Part shown: positions 10,373 through 17,908 of the stretch, piece after piece | Layout: the number at the start of each line of letters is the position of its first letter | How positions within the stretch are numbered: the stretch's first letter is position 1 | Assembly (NCBI GenBank): GCA_963678525.2 | Contig: CAXXDG010000002.1 | Coordinates: 890,960 to 930,959, forward strand | Length of the DNA stretch: 40,000 nucleotides | Reading direction: 5' to 3' | From: Desulfobulbaceae bacterium | Lineage (GTDB): Bacteria; Desulfobacterota; Desulfobulbia; Desulfobulbales; Desulfobulbaceae | Notes under the pieces: generated by a model | What the model was told of the DNA's origin: nothing | Seen by the model: the letters and a program-made list of their open reading frames with translations, nothing else | Database searches by the model: none | Translations under genes and position numbers: made by a program

Positions 10373-10431
10373 AACGAATCAAGGTGGACAACCTTGGATT
10401 ATAAAATGGTGCGAAGGCGGGAACGGAATTC
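10338..10431. repeat. Distal att repeat (terminator hairpin copy plus degenerate tRNA-Leu 3' fragment)
   Basis: 31 bp are identical to 28668-28698. Imperfect homology then continues through GGACAACCTTGGAT to TGGTGCGAAGGCGGGAACGGAATTC (compare the tRNA 3' end TGGTGCCGAAGGCGAGAGTCGAACTC). Confidence 0.85.
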
Positions 10432-10492
10432 AAGGGAATATTTTTAGTAAAATTAGATAATTGCCAAGTATGAGTTTTTTGTGTTTTTTATC

Positions 10493-10516
10493 TGTACCCG
10501 CTTTTGTACCCGCTTT
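10493..10516. repeat. Tandem 12-bp repeat TGTACCCGCTTT x2 (candidate integrase arm-type sites)
   Basis: Two exact tandem copies just inside the distal att. The octamer TGTACCCG recurs at 28614-28621 and inverted at 28564-28571, just inside the int-proximal att. Confidence 0.5.
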
Positions 10517-10664
10517 GTGCAGATGTAGATGGTCGCTTGACAAATTTGCCGGTTTAAACTTGCCAGCTCGGTTAGTACGAGTTGTTTTTTGTATCGGCGC
10601 TTTGCTGGGTGGACAACAAAAGAATATAATCCTGCCCTTGCAAACAGGCTTGATATAATGCAAA

Positions 10665-11999
10665 CTACAATGGTTTCCATGGAACAACCTCTGCCTGGCT
10701 AGGCCCTCTTTGTTTCAACCTGTTGCCATAAGTGCCAGAATACTGACAAACAGCGAGAATACCTAATTCTAAAAACCATAGCCCTAGATTCCAGGCTTCG
10801 AAAGTTGCATTGTCTAGCTGGCCTCGCTTTTTGTGCTCTGGGTGAACAAGAGAATTTCTTGTTTCAGTCAAAGCATGAGGAGCGTCTATCCAGTTATGTT
10901 TCTTGGCCAAGGTCTGTAGCTCTTTCATTTCGTTCGGTATTTCTATAGGGATGTCCAGGGATGAGAACAAAAGACGAAATTTATCTGACGCCCAAAGATC
11001 TTTAAAGCCTTTTGCGGTTACAAGTTTTTTGCTTTTAACTGCAAATTCATATGATAACCTTTCTATGGCTGCTTGCGTGAGTATGATTCCAGCGTCAATC
11101 CCTCTTGATGAGTCATTGGCAATAAGATACCAATAAATAACCTCATGAAGCGCTTCTTTCCAGTCGTCATCACTCCACTTGTCCATAAACTTCGGGAAAA
11201 AAACGCTAAGCTGCTCACCTCGCCTTCTATCGAACCATGAAAAGGTCGTATATCCAGTATCTCTGGGAGAAGACCAGCTTTCCCAGACCTGATTATAATT
11301 TCCATCATGCCCAACAGCGCAGACAGGATCAATCCACCTACCGATAGCAAATGAAAGAAAAAATTTCAAAGTATTAATGAAACACTCTGCTTCCTCCCCG
11401 CTATATGTAATATCGTCATTCTTCTCAAAAGAACCGATATGGGTTAAGCGATAGCCTCCTTCTTCTTTAAGTGATTCCATTGCCTTTTTGGTAGATTTCA
11501 GGGAGCGTATTTCAACGCACCAGTCATGGTTTTTCAACTCTAAATGCTCAATGGGGTGGCAGGTGTTCCCTTCTTTTTCAGTTGAACGCCTAGTACCTGA
11601 AAAGGAGACAAAATTAAGCAAGTGGAATGTTGTTGAAGCTATTGATGTATCATTGTTACCTGTACCAATGATTGGCTCATAGTGAGGGCTCCACTTTATA
11701 TCAAACTTACCCGTTGTGGCATCCCCGCCGCAGCTCAACCTGGATCCTTCTATTGGTATGCCGTTCATAGTAAAAATGACGCCTTGTGTTTTTCCCAATT
11801 GTACCCTCGTGGCGTCAACGGCTGATACTCCTTCAAAGTGACCATGAAAAAGCAATTGGCTTCGGGGAATCAATTCTAAGAATGCTTCCCCGTTTCCTTG
11901 ATAAGTAGTTTCGTCAATGGAAAGACTTACTGTTGAGCTGTTTATCAGCACTTTTTTATTATCTGAAAAGAAATCGTATATAGGCTCTATATTAGTCAT
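10665..11999 (-). CDS. HEPN-motif protein (ApeA-like), putative abortive-infection RNase
   Basis: 444-aa ORF in an AT-rich block. The C-terminal helical region carries ETRNSLVHPEH, i.e. the HEPN RNxxxH (Rx4H) motif at 10842-10859. The large N-terminal beta-rich domain fits the ApeA architecture (N-terminal domain plus C-terminal HEPN). The family call is from the motif only. Confidence 0.6.
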   Translation of the reverse strand: MTNIEPIYDFFSDNKKVLINSSTVSLSIDETTYQGNGEAFLELIPRSQLLFHGHFEGVSAVDATRVQLGKTQGVIFTMNGIPIEGSRLSCGGDATTGKFDIKWSPHYEPIIGTGNNDTSIASTTFHLLNFVSFSGTRRSTEKEGNTCHPIEHLELKNHDWCVEIRSLKSTKKAMESLKEEGGYRLTHIGSFEKNDDITYSGEEAECFINTLKFFLSFAIGRWIDPVCAVGHDGNYNQVWESWSSPRDTGYTTFSWFDRRRGEQLSVFFPKFMDKWSDDDWKEALHEVIYWYLIANDSSRGIDAGIILTQAAIERLSYEFAVKSKKLVTAKGFKDLWASDKFRLLFSSLDIPIEIPNEMKELQTLAKKHNWIDAPHALTETRNSLVHPEHKKRGQLDNATFEAWNLGLWFLELGILAVCQYSGTYGNRLKQRGPSQAEVVPWKPL

Positions 12000-12272
12000 A
12001 TTGCATATCTGGTCGTAATTAAATGCTTAATCGCTTAAGCAGACCGTGGACGTATTTCATTATCGGTTTTCCCTCAGCTTCCTTTGTTGCTGGGCTCATC
12101 TTCATGGGCATAAAAGACCTGGCCGGAAAGTCGCCTCCGTCCAGGAGGTAACGTTTGCGACAATTTCACGCGCTTGTGTTCGTGCGCACGTTTGCCATGT
12201 GTATGCACAATAGTCTTGGGTATAACGACAAGGTACCCGGCGAGCTGCAGCGAGTCCGCGTTGACCGATTGG

Positions 12273-12761
12273 TTACGGCTTTTCATTTCCTGCTTTTCTG
12301 ACAAGATTCAATATGATTAGAGTAATTAATGAAAGCTGAACTATATTATTAATTGCTGACATTAACATTGAATTAAACAAAAGCGGAATGCATATATTCG
12401 CAAAGCCGAGAATAGAAAGTGCAAATGTGAGTATTAAATTAATTATTGCGAACCAGTATACAGACACAAGCAGATCTAAATATCCTTGCCTTCGATACTT
12501 TTGAAATGAATTGGTTCTAATCAGACTGAACAGGATAGTAATAATTGCGGCCAAAAAGCCTAGCATTGTAAAGCTGAAGGTAGCTATTACAATAGAAAGA
12601 TTTATTCTCTGAGCAAATAGACCCAGTGAGATATTCAGATAACCTGAGAGGTAATTACTGTATATTAGGTAGATAAGGGGTCCAGGAATTAACGTCAATA
12701 AAGCTATTAATATCTTCAGGTGTCGCTTCCGTGAATCTTTCATCATTTGAAAATTCCTCAA
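12273..12761 (-). CDS. RexB-like small membrane protein with four hydrophobic segments
   Basis: 162-aa ORF directly after, and overlapping, the RexA-like gene. It has four long hydrophobic segments. The N-terminus MRN... and the block TMLGFLAAIITILFSLIRTN...YRRQGY resemble lambda RexB as I recall it (TMIAILIAALTFLIGSRTRR...IREYGY). The start is uncertain, with a 90-107 nt overlap with the upstream gene. Confidence 0.6.
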   Translation of the reverse strand: MRNFQMMKDSRKRHLKILIALLTLIPGPLIYLIYSNYLSGYLNISLGLFAQRINLSIVIATFSFTMLGFLAAIITILFSLIRTNSFQKYRRQGYLDLLVSVYWFAIINLILTFALSILGFANICIPLLFNSMLMSAINNIVQLSLITLIILNLVRKAGNEKP

Positions 12762-13587
12762 CCTTTAGCTCTAGATGCATGTTGTTGTTTGTTTTATTTA
12801 CAATGTGTTCATATATAGCATTTTCTTCTCTTGTGTTAATAGTTTCTGAAATTGCTCCTTTGCCAACAAGGTATAAATCAGTTAAGTGATCCTGCAATTC
12901 GTCTTTTGCCTTAATTATTAGCTTTCCTAAACCATCATCTGGTATAGAATTTACAAATTTTTTAACTATTGGTTGAATATTTTTTCTTTTTTTGGGTTTA
13001 ATTACTATTTCGAATGATTCAACTTCACCAACATCATCAGCGTTTCCACCAACAAAATTGAGAATATCTGCAGCCATTGAATTTTCCTTTTCAATTTCAA
13101 TAGTCGTTCTTCCAAGAAATGGTAATTGCAGTACTTCTTCTTTAGACGCTTGATGCAAGAGAGCTTGTGCGATAAACCTATAGTGACCAAGGTCAACTTT
13201 ACGGAATATTTCATCAATAAGATGAACCAGAGCTGGTATTTTAGGAGCTAAAAATGTTGATGCAAAACCTAAGAAATTGTTTTGAATATATACATATGAT
13301 GCAAATCCTAGTTGCTCGCCTTGATCAAGAAGTTCATAGATTTCATTGACATTTAAATCATTGGTGTTGATTTTTTTAATGACTTCATTACTTCTTGTCA
13401 TCACGAATAGATAAATATCTTGTGCGGCAGGGAACAAATATATTTGTTCATTATTGTACTGAAATGAGTTTTTAAATGTTACTGAATCTAGATTGCAAAA
13501 TGTCCTTATCAATGCTCTTATGTCATACAAGTAAGACATATTATCTTCTGTTTTTTCAATGTGATAGCCGAAATAGTTCAATTTCAT
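12655..13587 (-). CDS. RexA-like protein (phage-exclusion sensor component)
   Basis: 310-aa ORF. Two blocks align with lambda RexA from memory. Block 1: KKINTNDLNVNEIYELLDQGEQLGFASYVYIQNNFLGFASTFLAPK vs QKINRSKASVEDIKNSLADDESLGFPSFLFVEGDTIGFARTVFGPT. Block 2: FLGRTTIEIEKE..DILNFVGG..ESFEIVIKPKKRKNI vs FIGRTTVKVEAK..DILKVLGA..DSLDIVIKPKFKRDI. Gene order matches rexA-rexB. Confidence 0.7.
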   Translation of the reverse strand: MKLNYFGYHIEKTEDNMSYLYDIRALIRTFCNLDSVTFKNSFQYNNEQIYLFPAAQDIYLFVMTRSNEVIKKINTNDLNVNEIYELLDQGEQLGFASYVYIQNNFLGFASTFLAPKIPALVHLIDEIFRKVDLGHYRFIAQALLHQASKEEVLQLPFLGRTTIEIEKENSMAADILNFVGGNADDVGEVESFEIVIKPKKRKNIQPIVKKFVNSIPDDGLGKLIIKAKDELQDHLTDLYLVGKGAISETINTREENAIYEHIVNKTNNNMHLELKVEEFSNDERFTEATPEDINSFIDVNSWTPYLPNIQ

Positions 13588-13608
13588 ACAATCCTCTTTG
13601 TTCCATAA

Positions 13609-14052
13609 CTAGGTCTTTTTCGAGTGATGATCTGGTGCCGATTCATACTGAGCGTTTACCGGCAAAAGGGTTGCGGCTTCTTTCAATTCACCGCTAATAA
13701 AATACCAGGGCATCGACGGTGACGGCGCTGTCCTGCAGGTATATTGCTTCCGGCGCTGCACCTGCAAGCGTTGCCCTTGCCAGGCTGTTTTCTTTTTCAA
13801 AAGATTTGCCATGGTTGCCGCAATGACCAACTTGTAGCGGAAATGACGCTGGTGCAGCCATTCCGCTACAAGTTGTGCACGTCTGCAATTGTTCCCCCAG
13901 GGTAAAATATCACCTGCCACAATGAGTATATCGCCTGGCGGCAAGTTGATTTTGGCATGCATTCCATTAAGAATTCTCCCAATTTTTATGCATAAAGAGA
14001 GGAAACTTGAAACAGATAAAAGTTTCATACCATGTTTCCATATAGTTGCCAT
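13609..14052 (-). pseudogene. Calcineurin-like metallophosphoesterase, frameshifted and 3'-truncated
   Basis: Frame A gives LPPGDILIVAGDI...YKLVIA. The expected GNHD block (GNHGKSFE...YLQDSAVTVDALVFY) is in another frame (track ORF 13694-13888), consistent with loss of 1 nt in the G run near 13818-13821. A premature stop follows, and the rest is missing or degenerate. Confidence 0.6.
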
Positions 14053-14181
14053 GCTGGTTTCCTTGTTTTATGTGAAAAACCAGGGGAAATTGACATAATT
14101 TCCAAAGTGTTTCCACGATGGTTTCCTTAAAATGGGTGAAAGTTTCCTGTTTCCTGTACTATAGGGAGGAAACCAGGAAAC
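14001..14181. promoter_or_regulatory. GGAAAC/GTTTCC iteron cluster 1
   Basis: GTTTCC at 14034, 14057, 14109, 14121, 14142 and 14149. GGAAAC at 14001, 14168 and 14176. The cluster lies between the prim-pol stop and the phosphoesterase pseudogene start. Confidence 0.6.
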
Positions 14182-14191
14182 TTTCGGTTTT

Positions 14192-16015
14192 TCATGCCTC
14201 AGCGCGGATCTGTTTTGCCAGTTTGGAGCAGTAGCCTTTACTGATTTCCAGCTCTTCGGCTATGTCCTTTTGGCTGTAGCCTTCATCGAGGAGTTTTCCC
14301 ACCTTATCCTGCAGGCTTTCCTCGATGGTGCGCAGCTGCCAGGTGAAACCGTCTTCCCCCGCTATCAGTCCGGCTTCGAATGGTTTTACGTCGTCCCCGT
14401 GCAGGCCTCGGTTTTTGCGGAAATGGACCTCGAACAGTGCGCCCTGGTCGGGTGTGTATGACTTTGGCCGCATGAGCTGGATAACCGTATCCAGTACATC
14501 TTCTTTTCTGGAGCTGCCTCGCTGCATGCCGCCTTTGCCGTCATGATGGACCAACAGCACCGATTTACCCATGGCCCGCATGCGGAGTGCCCATTCCTGT
14601 ACCGGTAACCAGGCGTCGGATTTATTTTCCGATGTGCTCCTGCAGACCGTGGAAATATTGTCCAGGATGATCAGGCTTATGTCCTCGGTGAGGATGGTAT
14701 CCACCTGGGCCTGGCCTTCAGGGCTGCCAAGGTCTGGAATGCTTCCCTGCTGCAGGCCAGGGGTAATGATCTGCAGGTTATCTGCCAGGCTCTTATCCAT
14801 GTTGGCCATGGTGCCAGCTATTCTTTCTTTAATGGTTACCGCCGGCATTTCTCCATCAATGAACAGCACGCCCCTGGGCTTATCCGCTTTCCAGTTGAGG
14901 AAACTGGATCCGGTTGCCACTGCGCAGCCGATCCCCAGGCTTATGTGGGTTTTGCCCACTCCCCGGTAAGCATGCAGCAGGCAAAGGCCCTGCTCTGGCA
15001 ACCAGGGGGAAAGCAGGTTATTCCGGGGCGGGAATTCCCGGGAAAGCAGGTTACCTGCTGTTATAACCACAGGTGAGGGCACCATTGGCCGGTTTTGTCC
15101 GGTTTCCATCCTGGTTTCTCCGGCCTGGCCGTAAAGGTTGCCGATGTTCGTTACAGTGTAACGGGGTGTCGGCTCCTGTTCAGGCGGAGCATTGTAAGAA
15201 AGCGCCTTTTTGATGGTTGCTTGCCCATAGGTCAATTGCCCGTGTCTTGTGTCCCATTTCTGCCGAAACAGGCAGGACGCCCGAAAAATGGCGTCCATTT
15301 GCTGTGGATCGTTGTTTGTCCAGAATGCCAGGATAGAACAAAGGGCAAGGTCGGCCTCGCTCTGGCTGGCGTAGCCGTTCATGTTGCCCTGCATGAGGTT
15401 TGCAAACAGCTGGGCCTGTTTGCTTGCCCGGATCCGCTCTACGGTTGCCATGCCTGCCTTGTCCAGGTTGTTGAGTGTAGCAGTCATTGCCGCCCGGGAA
15501 AAGACCTGGTCGATTTGCTGCTGGCAGTAGTTGACCTGGTCTACATGGGTTAGCCTGTGGCCGGTAATGGTGAGATACCAGGCGTGGTCATAGATTTCTA
15601 TATTCTTTTGCTTCAGGTTTCTGGGGATCTTCCCGGCTGCTATAATCCGCAAGCCTTCACCGCTGGGGCTGATCTCGGTATAGGTTTGCAGCTTGTGGAC
15701 AATCTCCATTGCTTCTTTGCTTGCGCCTCGGCTGCCTACGCAGTGGTCCAGATCTATAAAGACAAAGGGATCCTGTGCGGTGGTACAATAGCCGATACCG
15801 TCATAGCCGCCTTCCTCATAGGCGGCCATGACTTCGGAAAAATCAGCCCAATGGCTGGGGTTTGTTTTGTCGGCGGTTTTGCCGTTGATCCGGAACGGCG
15901 GCTTTGTCCAGCGGGAGCCCTGGAGCTGGTAGCACCACAGCACCCATTGTGGAAATGACTTGAGCTGTTCAGGAATGCCGGCTGCAACAATGTGTAAAGG
16001 GTTAGGCTTGGTCAT
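14192..16015 (-). CDS. Bifunctional prim-pol / RecA-like (AAA_25-type) replication ATPase with C-terminal HTH
   Basis: N-terminal prim-pol features (FPQWVLW, FVFIDLDHC DxD motif). Middle QSEADLALCSILAFWTNNDPQQMDAIFRAS is a primase C-terminal type helix bundle. Walker A YRGVGKTH and Walker B VLFIDGE are present. C-terminal SQKDIAEELEISKGYCSKLAK is an HTH. GGGGAGGA RBS. Confidence 0.8.
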   Translation of the reverse strand: MTKPNPLHIVAAGIPEQLKSFPQWVLWCYQLQGSRWTKPPFRINGKTADKTNPSHWADFSEVMAAYEEGGYDGIGYCTTAQDPFVFIDLDHCVGSRGASKEAMEIVHKLQTYTEISPSGEGLRIIAAGKIPRNLKQKNIEIYDHAWYLTITGHRLTHVDQVNYCQQQIDQVFSRAAMTATLNNLDKAGMATVERIRASKQAQLFANLMQGNMNGYASQSEADLALCSILAFWTNNDPQQMDAIFRASCLFRQKWDTRHGQLTYGQATIKKALSYNAPPEQEPTPRYTVTNIGNLYGQAGETRMETGQNRPMVPSPVVITAGNLLSREFPPRNNLLSPWLPEQGLCLLHAYRGVGKTHISLGIGCAVATGSSFLNWKADKPRGVLFIDGEMPAVTIKERIAGTMANMDKSLADNLQIITPGLQQGSIPDLGSPEGQAQVDTILTEDISLIILDNISTVCRSTSENKSDAWLPVQEWALRMRAMGKSVLLVHHDGKGGMQRGSSRKEDVLDTVIQLMRPKSYTPDQGALFEVHFRKNRGLHGDDVKPFEAGLIAGEDGFTWQLRTIEESLQDKVGKLLDEGYSQKDIAEELEISKGYCSKLAKQIRAEA

Positions 16016-16233
16016 GGCAGGTCCTCCCCTTGATTGGTCTTGTAAGCCTGGTAAGCTTCATATGCCTTTCTGAAGTCGCCCATGGTCATACCAGGGGTAA
16101 CCAGGTTGCTGTCCAGAAATGCCTGGTAATTGGCATTAGTGACGGTATTGGTTGGTTTGATCTTGGCGTATGCTTCTGCAGATGGCTTCACTGCTTCCAC
16201 TACCCTGATTGTCAGTTGTTTTTCTTTGCTCAT
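16012..16233 (-). CDS. Hypothetical small protein (73 aa)
   Basis: GGGAGGG RBS. ATGA start/stop overlaps with both neighbours indicate translational coupling. Confidence 0.6.
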   Translation of the reverse strand: MSKEKQLTIRVVEAVKPSAEAYAKIKPTNTVTNANYQAFLDSNLVTPGMTMGDFRKAYEAYQAYKTNQGEDLP

Positions 16234-16547
16234 CTTTCAAACCCTCCCATATCGCGTGCCGTCTCTTGGATTCTGAGAGATAACAACCTGCAGGCTGCGG
16301 TTATCTGGTAAATGCCGGCGGAAAAGGATTCTCCGTCTGCAGGCAGTTCTCTGGCCGGGCCTGTGGCATGCTCTACCACCTGGAGAACGTTGCTCAATGT
16401 TTCTGCCATTAAAGAAAGCTCGTAAGCGTCCTTTGGCTGCCTTTCTGCGGCGATCATGGCCACCAGGCCGTCTGTTTCGCTGTTGTTCCAGTCTGGATCG
16501 ACATTGTACAGGAGCTGGTGGTTTGATGAGGTTATCTGTGCTTTCAT
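16230..16547 (-). CDS. Hypothetical protein (~105 aa)
   Basis: ATG at 16547 lies 7 nt after GGAGG (the track start at 16553 is a GTG). It is coupled to flanking genes. No recognisable family. Confidence 0.6.
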   Translation of the reverse strand: MKAQITSSNHQLLYNVDPDWNNSETDGLVAMIAAERQPKDAYELSLMAETLSNVLQVVEHATGPARELPADGESFSAGIYQITAACRLLSLRIQETARDMGGFER

Positions 16548-16549
16548 TC

Positions 16550-16972
16550 TCACACCTCCTGCTGTTGGTTGATTTCAACGGCAATAACAGTGCCGCTGGG
16601 TACGACAATGGCCTTGTGGTTGGCAATAACCGCATAGATTTCCGTGTTTGTTTCGAGCAGGTGAAAGAATACCTGGGAAACACGATCATTCAGGCAGCCG
16701 ATAAGCACCTGGCCTATCTTGCCCCTGGCTCCCAGGGGGTGGCCATATTGGCCGTTATCGCGCACCATTTGCAGAAACAACTCTTCAAGGGGGGAAACAA
16801 GCTCTTCTCTGAGGTAGGTATCCAGGTCCACGAATTCAACCTGGTCGCTGGTCAAGGTTTTGCCTTTGACCTGCCAGGTTTGCCTGTGTGGCGCTGGCTG
16901 CTGGGGTTGTAAATGGGAAGAGGTACGGTTTTTCTGATTACTGCGGGCGGGGAAAATGGGTGTTGTAGCCAT
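16550..16972 (-). CDS. Hypothetical protein (140 aa), first gene of the prim-pol operon
   Basis: ATG at 16972 lies 8 nt after GGAGG. The track ORF extends to 17053 but has no RBS. No recognisable family. Confidence 0.6.
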   Translation of the reverse strand: MATTPIFPARSNQKNRTSSHLQPQQPAPHRQTWQVKGKTLTSDQVEFVDLDTYLREELVSPLEELFLQMVRDNGQYGHPLGARGKIGQVLIGCLNDRVSQVFFHLLETNTEIYAVIANHKAIVVPSGTVIAVEINQQQEV

Positions 16973-17350
16973 GTGTGCTACCTCCAAATAAAAAATGCCA
17001 CGAGTGCTCTCAAGCCTAGTACGGCTCCCGGGGCCTCGCGGGATCCCGGACACTCATGGCAAATTGTATTTGAACTATCAGCAGACCTGGTTTTGGGTGC
17101 CGGTCTGATGCACCGTACTAGTTTGAGAGGTCTGCAGATTATCAGCAGGAAAAGAAATCGTCAAGCCTGGGGTTGCTGCTACCGGGTGTGAGCGGTCGTT
17201 TTTGTTACCACAGAAAGAGGGGAGATGGGTTGCTTTTCGGCTGGATAACAGGCCTGCTGGATAGTGGGGAGCACTGTAACTGCATGACCACAAGAGGTGG
17301 GTGGGGATACTCTCTGTGGTGAGCAGTTGTTCTTCTTTAGTGAATACACA

Positions 17351-17451
17351 GGAAACAGGAAACTTTTTATCTATCTTATTGTTGTTCTATTTAAAAAGTG
17401 GTTTCCTGGGCAGGAAACTTGCTGGAAACCGTGAGGAAACAAGGTGGAAAC
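17351..17451. promoter_or_regulatory. GGAAAC iteron cluster 2 with 11-bp phasing
   Basis: GGAAAC at 17351, 17358, 17413, 17424, 17435 and 17446; the last four are exactly 11 bp apart. One inverted GTTTCC at 17401. The cluster lies in the divergent region between the prim-pol operon and the IHF/HU gene. Confidence 0.65.
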
Positions 17452-17597
17452 CTGTACCTATCCGGCATAAAAGAAGAAAAACAGGTTTGGTCGATTTGAC
17501 TTTTCAAGATACACGTGCCATAAGATGTGTTTCGGAACCACTATGTGGTAGTTGAATGTAAAAATTTTTTCCTCAAAATTATAATCAAAGAGACATA

Positions 17598-17891
17598 ATG
17601 AAACTGACAAAAGCCCGCATGGCTGATGAGATTGCCAAGGTGCATGATATGGCTTCCATAAGGGAAGCGAGTGAATATGTTGAAGCCTTCCTTACTGTTA
17701 TTAAACAGGAGATGGTAGCCGGTAACGACATATTGATTTCAGGATTCGGAAAGTTCACGGTCAGGGATAAGCGGCAACGGCGCGGCAGGAATCCACAGAC
17801 CGGTGATGATTTACTGCTTGACCCGAGAAGGGTTGTCACCTTCAACCCGTCCGGCAAGCTGAGGATGAAAGTTAACGGGAAGCTGAATTGA
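17598..17891 (+). CDS. IHF/HU family DNA-bending protein (IHF-alpha-like), island-encoded
   Basis: 97 aa. GFGKFTVRDKRQRRGRNPQTGDDLLLDPRRVVTFNPSGKLRMKV matches the beta-arm signature of IHF/HU. Confidence 0.88.
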   Translation: MKLTKARMADEIAKVHDMASIREASEYVEAFLTVIKQEMVAGNDILISGFGKFTVRDKRQRRGRNPQTGDDLLLDPRRVVTFNPSGKLRMKVNGKLN

Positions 17892-17908
17892 CAGTTGGTG
17901 GAATTACT

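Noticed and set aside
10407-10431. tRNA-like sequence at the distal island end considered as a second tRNA gene.
   Set aside because: Only about 25 nt of acceptor/T-arm-like sequence are present, with a deletion and mismatches. There is no D-arm or anticodon arm. It is an att remnant.
10461-10658. 65-aa plus-strand ORF at the island edge.
   Set aside because: It covers the putative arm-site repeats, is Cys/Leu-rich and has no RBS.
10625-10659. Two perfect TATAAT hexamers on the plus strand pointing into the 3' end of the HEPN gene.
   Set aside because: The context is AT-rich, no acceptable -35 element lies at 16-19 bp, and there is no downstream plus-strand gene.
14270-15958. Several plus-strand ORFs (63-152 aa) across the prim-pol gene.
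   Set aside because: They lie antisense to a 607-aa ORF with DxD, Walker A/B and HTH motifs and a strong RBS.
17076-17148. 9-bp direct repeat TATCAGCAG (17076 and 17140) and a partial inverted match, upstream of the prim-pol operon.
   Set aside because: A single 9-mer pair within 100 bp is expected by chance several times in 40 kb, so it is not enough to call an operator.
17301-17555. 84-aa plus-strand ORF.
   Set aside because: It runs straight through the GGAAAC iteron array and has no RBS. A regulatory DNA interpretation explains the sequence better.
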